Source: a virus (Duplodnaviria > Caudoviricetes). From it: a DNA stretch of 64,000 nt. Below the pieces are notes generated by a model. It did not search any database, was not told the origin of the DNA, and was given only the letters and a program-made list of their open reading frames with translations. Below are positions 56,571 through 64,000 of this stretch, in pieces. How positions within the stretch are numbered: the first letter of the stretch is position 1; each line of letters begins with the position of its first letter. The stretch lies in the IMG/VR virus record IMGVR_UViG_3300035208_003026, positions 1 through 64,000 of that record; one strand, written 5' to 3'. Made by a program: the position numbers and the translations under genes.

Positions 56571-57815
56571 ATGACTTTGGAAAAAGAAGCCCAGAGAAAA
56601 TCTGTTGTAAACATGTTGGGCAGGCACCTAAATCCGATGGAGCTTGCCCGGCGAATGTTCTCTGAGAGATACAGAGAGGTTTATAATAAGATTAAGGACG
56701 TTGATTCTGAGATGCGAAACAAAGCATTAGAGAATGATCCTGACATTCGTGATACTTTACACAAAGCTCGTATGGCTTATAAAAATCGTGAATATCCAAA
56801 GGTTGTATTTTACACTTGGAAAATTCTCGAATCTATGAGTGGTGTTTTTGATAGTGTGGATGAGCTAGAAAAGTTCAAAGAAACAGTCATCAAAGATTTC
56901 TATCAGAGCCGTGGTGAGCAGCTTTCTAATGAAGAGTTTACTCAGATGAATGAGGCATTAAGCGCAAAGCCACTAGTTCAGGGTCCTGTTCAGATGCCGA
57001 AAGCTAGCAAACTTGAATATTTGCTTTACACAGCTGCCGCTCCAGATCCTAGCCTTCCAATCGGAATGGTAAAGCAGGCTGGACCTGTTCAATGGCTAAA
57101 GGAGAACATTCCTACATTTACACAGATGGAAGGTGCTCTTCTTGATAGGATTTTCCGCAACAAAATGGGTAAACAACGAGAAGCTGCAAGGAGAGCTTTG
57201 AGTATTGCCGAGAATGTTCATTCATCAATAAAGGAAATGTTTAAACTTCTTGATGCTGCGAGAACTGATTTTACTTCATACATTTCAACAGCTAGAAAAT
57301 TCAGGGATAAGTTTAATCAACAGAAGCAGGAACTGTCTACAATCTATCAAACACATTTTGCTGATATTGTTCCTGAAAAAACTGAAACGCCGGCAGCACC
57401 GGTTCCAGCCGCTCCGGCTGCTCCAATTGAAATTGCTACAGAAACGCCGGCTAAACCACCAGCGGTAGCACCTGTTGTTCCTGCGCCAGCTGCGCCAGTT
57501 GCTCCCGTAGCTGCTATTCCGCCACCTCCTCCAGTTGAACAAATGCCAGAATCCGCTGAGGCTGATTGGGAGTTTGAAGAGAATGGACCTCCAACATTAA
57601 CCAGTGCCCAGATGGAAGAATTTAGAGCCAATATGGGAAAGCCAGCAGCTCAGGTTATAAATCTATGGAAAGCGGCAAAAATTGAAGCATCGCGTGGTGA
57701 TAGAGGAATTTCAGCAGCTCTTCTAGCAAAGGCTTCTGAGATTTGTGATGATAATAATGATGAAGCTGATGCTAAGCTTTTACTACAAGCAGCTGAAAAG
57801 GTATTACAGGGATGA
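56571..57815 (+). CDS. putative virion protein with Pro/Ala-rich linker
   Basis: MTLEKEAQ, MVKQAG, PAAP tract. Confidence 0.6.
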   Translation: MTLEKEAQRKSVVNMLGRHLNPMELARRMFSERYREVYNKIKDVDSEMRNKALENDPDIRDTLHKARMAYKNREYPKVVFYTWKILESMSGVFDSVDELEKFKETVIKDFYQSRGEQLSNEEFTQMNEALSAKPLVQGPVQMPKASKLEYLLYTAAAPDPSLPIGMVKQAGPVQWLKENIPTFTQMEGALLDRIFRNKMGKQREAARRALSIAENVHSSIKEMFKLLDAARTDFTSYISTARKFRDKFNQQKQELSTIYQTHFADIVPEKTETPAAPVPAAPAAPIEIATETPAKPPAVAPVVPAPAAPVAPVAAIPPPPPVEQMPESAEADWEFEENGPPTLTSAQMEEFRANMGKPAAQVINLWKAAKIEASRGDRGISAALLAKASEICDDNNDEADAKLLLQAAEKVLQG

Positions 57816-59308
57816 ATAAAAACGACCTTCAATTGCTTCGCACGGCAGCACTAGAGCTACAAGAAAGTGGCACTGACCTAGTGCGTGTAGCGGGTATTGT
57901 CCAACAAATCAAAAACTGGTGGAAGGCTAGGTTCAGCAAAGAGTTCGCAGAACGCCAAGGAAAAGTAGAGGAAGCATATATAGGAATGAAGGGACCTCTT
58001 TCAGATCTTATCAATCAACTTACAGAGATTGATAAAGCATTTAAGAGTCAAGATCCTGACACTATAGCAAAACTCGTTGGGATTGTACCAGAAACCATTG
58101 CTCAAGTTACCAGAGATATGAACAATTTGAGTAAAGAGATGCGCGCAGCCGATGCTGTAATTCCGGTCACATATGTTGATGAAAGTGGTAGAGAAATCTC
58201 TGGTGATAATGTTTCTTGGATGACATCTGGTTACCAAAAAGATAGAAACCTTATTGAGAAGATGTGGGAACAACTTCCCGAACAATTTCAAAAGATTCCG
58301 ATTGGCCGTAAAATCAATCAGCCTATAACAGATTTTGAATGGTTTGCTAATTATAATCCTTCTCAAATATACATTTCAAGTACAGTGTATGAAGACGCAA
58401 AGCTTGAAATGAGGAAGGCTTTAGAGCGCGGGCAGTTAGAACCAGATGTTGTTGATCTTGTAATCACATATGGTTTTGATGATTTTATTGAGAATCTTAA
58501 AGTAGCAATCCTTCAAAACTCTATTCTTCTTCAAGCAAGATTCCCAGATATTTCAGCGAAGATTACTCATAGAAGAGTTAATGAAATGTTGGTTGATGTT
58601 CAGCCGGGATTTGTTGCATTACCAGTAATGTCTTACGACTTCTACATACATGTTGGATTGGTTCGTTTGCATGATCTTGGGGCATCAGTAACACCAACAC
58701 CACAACTTTCTGTAGCAATGGTTAGACATATAAGATTATCTACAGATACTATCAGGGCTTTGAAAGAGAAGTGGCGTGAGAGTAAAGGATTTGGAAAGAA
58801 ACCACAAGAACCTGTTGGTCAAGAAACTGAGAGTGAGATTATAAATCAACAAGTACAAAATATAAATCAGAATAAAGAAGAAAATAAAGATGAAAAAGTT
58901 CTTACAGCATCTGGACCTATTACTAAGATAGTAAAGCGAGCTTTGCTTAAAGAATGTTTACCAATAGTTCCTGCTGTTGTAAAGGTTGATGGTTTAGAAT
59001 TTCATCATAAAGCTAGGTTTGCAAAAATACTATCATCTGCTTTGCGTCAAGAAATTGATGCAGAATGTTCTGTAAGAAATAATGGTAACAATGTCGAAGT
59101 TCAGGTATTTGCTTCTGGTTCTAAAATGAATGTTGTACCTGCAATTTATGGCATCTCTACATATATAGCTGATGAATATTTAAAAACAACGAAAGCTGGA
59201 ATTGAAATTGATGTTCAATATGGACACTCGGCTTTTGAAGTTATGGGCTCTGATGTGTTAGATCAGAGTTTTAGAAAAGTAGCTTTTGATAATTGGAGAA
59301 TGTCATGA
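57812..59308 (+). CDS. putative virion protein
   Basis: 498 aa; RTAA, RVAG, KRAL, KVAF motifs. Confidence 0.6.
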   Translation: MNKNDLQLLRTAALELQESGTDLVRVAGIVQQIKNWWKARFSKEFAERQGKVEEAYIGMKGPLSDLINQLTEIDKAFKSQDPDTIAKLVGIVPETIAQVTRDMNNLSKEMRAADAVIPVTYVDESGREISGDNVSWMTSGYQKDRNLIEKMWEQLPEQFQKIPIGRKINQPITDFEWFANYNPSQIYISSTVYEDAKLEMRKALERGQLEPDVVDLVITYGFDDFIENLKVAILQNSILLQARFPDISAKITHRRVNEMLVDVQPGFVALPVMSYDFYIHVGLVRLHDLGASVTPTPQLSVAMVRHIRLSTDTIRALKEKWRESKGFGKKPQEPVGQETESEIINQQVQNINQNKEENKDEKVLTASGPITKIVKRALLKECLPIVPAVVKVDGLEFHHKARFAKILSSALRQEIDAECSVRNNGNNVEVQVFASGSKMNVVPAIYGISTYIADEYLKTTKAGIEIDVQYGHSAFEVMGSDVLDQSFRKVAFDNWRMS

Positions 59309-59634
59309 TTGATGTATCGCAATTTGCAGATAATGAACATATCAATACACTAGCAGAAGCTATTGGTCATATTTACAAAGACAAGATTGTTCAAATATAC
59401 TGGGGTGAATCTGGTGGTACCACCAAATACTCTGATTATGACGTTACTCAAAACATGTACATTGAAGGTAAGGTTATTTGGGGACAGGGGCATGTTTTTG
59501 CTATTGAAATTGAATTAACTACAAATGAAAAAACTTATAGAAAACAAATTCTATTGAGTGATTATGAAATTACGATGGCGGCTGAAAAAACTGATGATTT
59601 GAATTTGACGGCGGTTTTTAAAGGCAAGATATGA
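59293..59634 (+). CDS. hypothetical protein (likely start ATG 59305)
   Basis: ORF with GGAG upstream. Confidence 0.55.
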   Translation: MENVMIDVSQFADNEHINTLAEAIGHIYKDKIVQIYWGESGGTTKYSDYDVTQNMYIEGKVIWGQGHVFAIEIELTTNEKTYRKQILLSDYEITMAAEKTDDLNLTAVFKGKI

Positions 59635-59933
59635 GTATTGCAACAGAGTTAGCACAGATTTGTAAAGACCTAAGACTTCTTGGTGATAAAGAACTTACGG
59701 GGAGGGCTCTCATGGCTTATGCAGCTGCAACGGATACCGAGAATCCTCGGGCAGATCTTAGTTATAGTTATGTGATGCGTCAGTTAAGAAAAGACGATGA
59801 TGAACGTAGGTTGAAGTTTCAGAAAGTTTTTAAGAAAGCTTTTGACGAAGCATTGCTTGAAGATATTGAAGATCCAGCAGCTGTAGCTTTAATGGTTGGT
59901 ATTAAAGCTATTGATTTTAAAGATGAGGAATAA
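59631..59933 (+). CDS. hypothetical protein
   Basis: ATGA-coupled 100-aa ORF. Confidence 0.6.
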   Translation: MSIATELAQICKDLRLLGDKELTGRALMAYAAATDTENPRADLSYSYVMRQLRKDDDERRLKFQKVFKKAFDEALLEDIEDPAAVALMVGIKAIDFKDEE

Positions 59934-60979
59934 TGCCTGCTAGATTTGCAAGAGTACAAAAAGGTCTGTATAGAGGTGGTTGTCCTACTGCCGAGGATCT
60001 TCGTATTCTAAAAAATGTTTATGGTGTTAAGAAGATTGTAAGTTTGGATTACAAATGTGGACATGCAATTGATAATATTTGCAAAGATCTTGAGTTAGAG
60101 CATGTTATCTGGGGCCTTGGTGATGGGCGTGATCCCAAAGTGGGAGCACTGAAAAAGAGAATTGTACCGCAACTTCTTCATGGAGGACCCACTTACGTTC
60201 ATTGTTTCCATGGAAAAGACCGCACAGGAATGACCATTGCAATGTTTCGTATCTATACAGGATGGTCTGTTGATGATGCTTTAGCTGAATCTTTTAAATT
60301 CGGAATGGGAAATGGTCTTTCACCAGCCGTTAAGCAAAGTTATTATGATGCAGTAAAGGATTTTGCAAAAGAGTTTAATGAAGATAAAGATAATGTATTA
60401 GATGCAGTTTCATTAACTAGAGAGCAGAATTCGTTTGGACCTGTTGGAAATTGGTTGGATGATATGAGTATTCCGACTAGTTTGCAGATGGGAATACCCC
60501 CTCATGCAGATATAGAGTTTTCACACCTTAGTCGAACAGCTTCCGGTCGTATATTCTGTAAGTGTAAATCATTTAGTCTTCTAAAACCCAAAGTATATTG
60601 GTGGAGTTCTAAAGAAGATGCATTAAAAAATCCAACAGATGAAGATGGTAGTTTATATTCTGCTAGTTTAGCATTAGGCACAAAGGTCGAAAGATTTGAT
60701 GAGAGAATCAGTCAAAAATTGATTCATATGGTTCTAACTCGGGATATAGATGCAGCAGCACTGAGGAATGGTCAGTTCTTGATTTTAGATCCTGGTTCTT
60801 TGGTAAATATTCAGGAAGAAGAAGATATTAATGATATGTTCATGCCCGAAGTTGGAAGTAGGGACAATTCTACGGACTATACGTTTGCATATCCCGGCTC
60901 AGGCTCTGGTGTAGGTGGAATGCCTGATGGAGCAGCTGGTATTGTACAATTACCATATTCTGGCCAAGGTCAAGTTTGA
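59933..60979 (+). CDS. dual-specificity/tyrosine phosphatase with an extra C-terminal domain
   Basis: LYRGGCP; YVHCFHGKDRTG (HCX5R). Confidence 0.85.
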   Translation: MPARFARVQKGLYRGGCPTAEDLRILKNVYGVKKIVSLDYKCGHAIDNICKDLELEHVIWGLGDGRDPKVGALKKRIVPQLLHGGPTYVHCFHGKDRTGMTIAMFRIYTGWSVDDALAESFKFGMGNGLSPAVKQSYYDAVKDFAKEFNEDKDNVLDAVSLTREQNSFGPVGNWLDDMSIPTSLQMGIPPHADIEFSHLSRTASGRIFCKCKSFSLLKPKVYWWSSKEDALKNPTDEDGSLYSASLALGTKVERFDERISQKLIHMVLTRDIDAAALRNGQFLILDPGSLVNIQEEEDINDMFMPEVGSRDNSTDYTFAYPGSGSGVGGMPDGAAGIVQLPYSGQGQV

Positions 60980-61020
60980 TAGTAATAACGATGCATAGTT
61001 TTTAGAATGTATGAGGCGTA

Positions 61021-61656
61021 ATGATTGATAAAAAAGCTTACTCAGTACAGATGAACTTTGATGTTCCGGACTCTGAAAAGCGAGTTGCGGAGAAGGCTGA
61101 GGAGTATTTTGAGCAATTACTCACAGATATAACTAAGATTAGTGAATATCTTGATATCATTTATGTTCCGTTTTCTAAGTATCAAAACATTGATACTGAT
61201 ATGCTTGTTGATTATAGAAGAACATTTTATCAGTATAGAGATCAAGTTAAAGCTAAGTTCACGAAAGTTATGAAGAAATCTTATAAGTCAATAGCTTTAA
61301 TGAATGAATTTAGCGTGGATACTGCAACTGAAGAGTTGATGGATTCTTTTATAGGATCCGTTAGAGAATTAGAGAAATATGTTGATACATTTGTGTCAAT
61401 ATTTTCGAATCTAAATAGCCCAGAGTTCAGAACTTATTTGATCTCTACAATTGATTCTCTGAAGAAACAGCTAAATCAGATTCGCCAATTAATTACAGAC
61501 CGTATTCTGGATCATATAGACAGTAATATTCTGGCAAAAGATTGGGCAAAAGATTTATCAGAACGTTTTGAAGAACCACTTCAAGAACGTGTGCCTATAG
61601 TTGTTCAGCTCTTTAGAGAAAGACAGAAAGCTTTACAAGACATTTCAAAGGGCTAA
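61021..61656 (+). CDS. hypothetical helical protein
   Basis: GAGG RBS; starts MIDKKAYS. Confidence 0.65.
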   Translation: MIDKKAYSVQMNFDVPDSEKRVAEKAEEYFEQLLTDITKISEYLDIIYVPFSKYQNIDTDMLVDYRRTFYQYRDQVKAKFTKVMKKSYKSIALMNEFSVDTATEELMDSFIGSVRELEKYVDTFVSIFSNLNSPEFRTYLISTIDSLKKQLNQIRQLITDRILDHIDSNILAKDWAKDLSERFEEPLQERVPIVVQLFRERQKALQDISKG

Positions 61657-61667
61657 TCGGAGATAGT

Positions 61668-61838
61668 ATGTTGGTGAAAAACGGAGATGCAGAAATCATT
61701 GGCATCATTGATCAAGAAGAAATCAATGATGATAATAAGCGCAAAGATGCATTGGCTAATGCATTAATCAAGGCAAAAGAACGTATTTCTGGAGCAAAAG
61801 CTACAGAGATTCGGGAAGAGATTAAAACGGAGAACTAA
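61668..61838 (+). CDS. small hypothetical protein (56 aa, not in ORF track)
   Basis: GGAG RBS; MLVKNGDAEIIG...; TAATG-coupled to the next gene. Confidence 0.6.
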   Translation: MLVKNGDAEIIGIIDQEEINDDNKRKDALANALIKAKERISGAKATEIREEIKTEN

Positions 61839-64000
61839 TGCTGATTAAACTAGGCGAATCGGTTACTATTAGTCCAGAGGATTTGCATCCTGTAGAGAAG
61901 ATTGCAAAGGATGAAAGTCTTGATATTGAAAATCGCATGGCTAAGTTTGCACAGGAGCTTAAAGTTATTGCTCCTCAGGCAAAAGACTTTCTATATTTCA
62001 CCGCAATTATGATGCACGCAGCAGAAGCTGCTTGTGTTAATGATGACGGATCTCCAAAGAAGCTTTCTAATGGAGAAATTGTAACAGCTCATTGGGAAAC
62101 TGTTGGTGATGGTGTAAAGTGGGTTAGTAATGATCCTAATCTAAAACCATATCGCAACAGTAATTGTTTTCTTCCAGGAACTGATATTTTAATGTCAGAT
62201 GGAAGTAATAAAAAAATAGAAGATATACAAATTGGTGATTCTGTAATTACCCATGATGGAACAGTAGGAAATGTTACGAAAACATTTATAACCCCTCATG
62301 ATGGTGAAATTCTAAAAATAAGGGTAAAAAATAAACCCGCTTTATTTGTTACCAAGGAACATCCTTTTTTTGCTATTCCTAATGTTGCAAATAAAAAATT
62401 ATCAAAAATTAAAGAATCCAAAGCATCATTTGGATGGATTGAAGCACAACAGCTATCTGCGATGGATGTTTTGACATGTCCAATTATTTCTACCATTATA
62501 GATAGTGATCTTACACCAAACCAAGCAAGACTGTTAGGTTTTTTTGCTGCAGAAGGGTCTTTTTCAAAAAAATATAACAAGCGGCAAGCTGCTGTTCTAA
62601 CTTTCGGATCTCATGAAGATAAAATAGCTTTTTTGGTAAAAGAAATTTGTGAAGAAGAATTTCCAGAATGTAGTGTCAAAATAAATAAAAATGAACTAAG
62701 AAATGTTATAAATATAACAATTACTGGTTCTGGAATTGCTGAATGGTTTTATTATCATGTTGGTGAATATTCTCATTCTAAAAAATTAAGTAAAGAAATT
62801 GTATTTGGATCTTATGATATTAAAAGGCAATTTCTTCTTGGATGGTTAGAAGGTGATGGTTGTATTTCCGAAGGTAATAAATTAATAGGTATTAGTACTT
62901 CCGCTGATTTAGCATGGCAAGTTAGCACTATGCTATATTCTATTGGGATTTTAGCATCCATTAGAAAGATTGCTGCAAAAAAATCTGTAATTATAAATAA
63001 AAACTATGGACCATTTGATTCAAAATCTCATTATAGAGTTGAAGTGTATGGGGCAAAAGCTGCTGAACTTTGTGGAACTGACAGTGTAAAATATATTATA
63101 AATAATGAATATAATCATAAAAATGTAGATCAGTTTTATGGTAATAAAACGCTTCATCGAATAACATCTATTGAGGAAGAAGTATATTCTGGAAATGTTT
63201 ATAACTTTGAAGTAGAGGGAAATCATTCATATATAGCAAATGGTATTGCTGTACATAACTGTGATATATTTCCTGAACCAGAATTAAAAATAGCATATAA
63301 AAACTGGGTAGGTCGTCCATTATGCCTCGATCATCAATCTCAATCGGTTGATAAGATTCGAGGCGTTATTGTTGATACAGTATACGATGACAAGCGTAAA
63401 CGTGTAATTGCATTATGTGCTTTGGATGCAAAGAACTATTCAGATCTTGCTGATAAGGTAAAGACTGGTGTAGCTAATAATGTTTCTATGGGAACTGCTG
63501 TTGGACGTGCAGTATGCACAGAATGTTATAAAGCAGCTCGTACAGAACGTGATTTTTGCCAGCACATGAGGGCGAAAAGTTGTTACGGAGAAGTTAATCT
63601 TGATCTGTCTCCAATTGAACTTTCATTAGTAGTACAAGGAGCGGATCCAAAAGCAAAAGTTAAGCATATTATTGCTAGTGATATAGCAAAAGCAGCTGGT
63701 CTATTAACAGATTATTTACAATTAAAAGAAGCTGCAAAAAATGTGTCTACGCATGATGTGGAATCAATTAGGAAAGAACTAGAGAAGCTTACTGAGCGTA
63801 TTGAAAATATTGCTCGTGCCTCTGGCGTAAAAGATGATGAGAGTGATGCGGTTGGTCCGACTCACTCTAAGTGGTCGATGGACACTGATGTGGTTAATAG
63901 CCCATCGACTCAGATAAATGCTCCTGAGGCTTTCCCAACCTATGCCTCAGAGCTTCAACAGGCAATTTTGGGAGCACAAACTAAACTGGCTAGCCTACAG
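61838..64000 (+). CDS. prohead-protease-like protein with intein, truncated by the window end (not in ORF track)
   Basis: open frame from ATG 61838; spliced NSN|CDIF, LCLDH, RGVIVD, VSMG, CTEC..CQH, IELSLVVQGADPKA. Confidence 0.7.
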   Translation, partial: MLIKLGESVTISPEDLHPVEKIAKDESLDIENRMAKFAQELKVIAPQAKDFLYFTAIMMHAAEAACVNDDGSPKKLSNGEIVTAHWETVGDGVKWVSNDPNLKPYRNSNCFLPGTDILMSDGSNKKIEDIQIGDSVITHDGTVGNVTKTFITPHDGEILKIRVKNKPALFVTKEHPFFAIPNVANKKLSKIKESKASFGWIEAQQLSAMDVLTCPIISTIIDSDLTPNQARLLGFFAAEGSFSKKYNKRQAAVLTFGSHEDKIAFLVKEICEEEFPECSVKINKNELRNVINITITGSGIAEWFYYHVGEYSHSKKLSKEIVFGSYDIKRQFLLGWLEGDGCISEGNKLIGISTSADLAWQVSTMLYSIGILASIRKIAAKKSVIINKNYGPFDSKSHYRVEVYGAKAAELCGTDSVKYIINNEYNHKNVDQFYGNKTLHRITSIEEEVYSGNVYNFEVEGNHSYIANGIAVHNCDIFPEPELKIAYKNWVGRPLCLDHQSQSVDKIRGVIVDTVYDDKRKRVIALCALDAKNYSDLADKVKTGVANNVSMGTAVGRAVCTECYKAARTERDFCQHMRAKSCYGEVNLDLSPIELSLVVQGADPKAKVKHIIASDIAKAAGLLTDYLQLKEAAKNVSTHDVESIRKELEKLTERIENIARASGVKDDESDAVGPTHSKWSMDTDVVNSPSTQINAPEAFPTYASELQQAILGAQTKLASLQ
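62165..63259 (+). other. intein with LAGLIDADG domain (365 aa)
   Basis: CFLPGTDILMSDG; VTKEHPF; LGFFAAEG, LGWLEGDG; VYNFEV..VHN/C. Confidence 0.88.

Noticed and set aside
1071-63226. Minus-strand and nested alternative-frame ORFs in the ORF track (e.g. 47477-47725 poly-Ser, 39432-39809, 57347-57631)
   Set aside because: Shadows of + strand genes or of low-complexity tracts; no recognisable motifs.
1-64000. Alternative genetic code (stop-codon reassignment)
   Set aside because: Long conserved genes are intact in the standard bacterial code, and TAA, TGA and TAG all end genes at expected positions.
1-64000. tRNA/rRNA genes, reverse transcriptase/DGR, integrase
   Set aside because: None recognised by eye; intergenic gaps are short and lack tRNA arm signatures. 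tRNAscan-SE would be needed to confirm.

Overview
A 64-kb segment of a large (jumbo/huge) tailed-phage genome. It is AT-rich, essentially every real gene is on the + strand, and many genes are translationally coupled (ATGA/TAATG overlaps). About 1-20 kb holds host-takeover and translation-associated genes (IF3, peptide deformylase, thioredoxin, trigger factor), a non-autonomous TnpB element, an SbcD/SbcC (Mre11/Rad50) nuclease pair, a dNMP kinase and a RecB-like nuclease. About 20-35.6 kb is the replication/recombination module: a DnaE split by a naturally split intein, UvsY/RecA/SSB/EndoVII-like genes, DnaJ, a DnaG lacking its zinc domain, and a sigma-region-4 protein. About 35.7-64 kb is a head-morphogenesis module: large unknown proteins, a CCA/poly(A)-polymerase-family NTase, a GpA-type terminase with 2 inteins, a portal with 2 inteins, a tyrosine phosphatase and an intein-containing prohead-protease-like gene that runs off the window. 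Main observations: (1) three unrelated free-standing homing endonucleases each sit between a displaced stub and a recoded replacement copy of a neighbouring gene's terminus; (2) a recurring hydrophobic-x-K/R-x-A motif at the termini and domain boundaries of most head-module proteins, a candidate protease processing/packaging code; (3) an Npu-like split intein in DnaE carrying a ~166-aa non-intein tail; (4) a Leu1 class-3 intein only 9 residues from a second intein; (5) a candidate -1 frameshift at T TTA AAA/A10; (6) a primase split into two genes ~24 kb apart. All calls come from motifs read by eye; no database searches were run.
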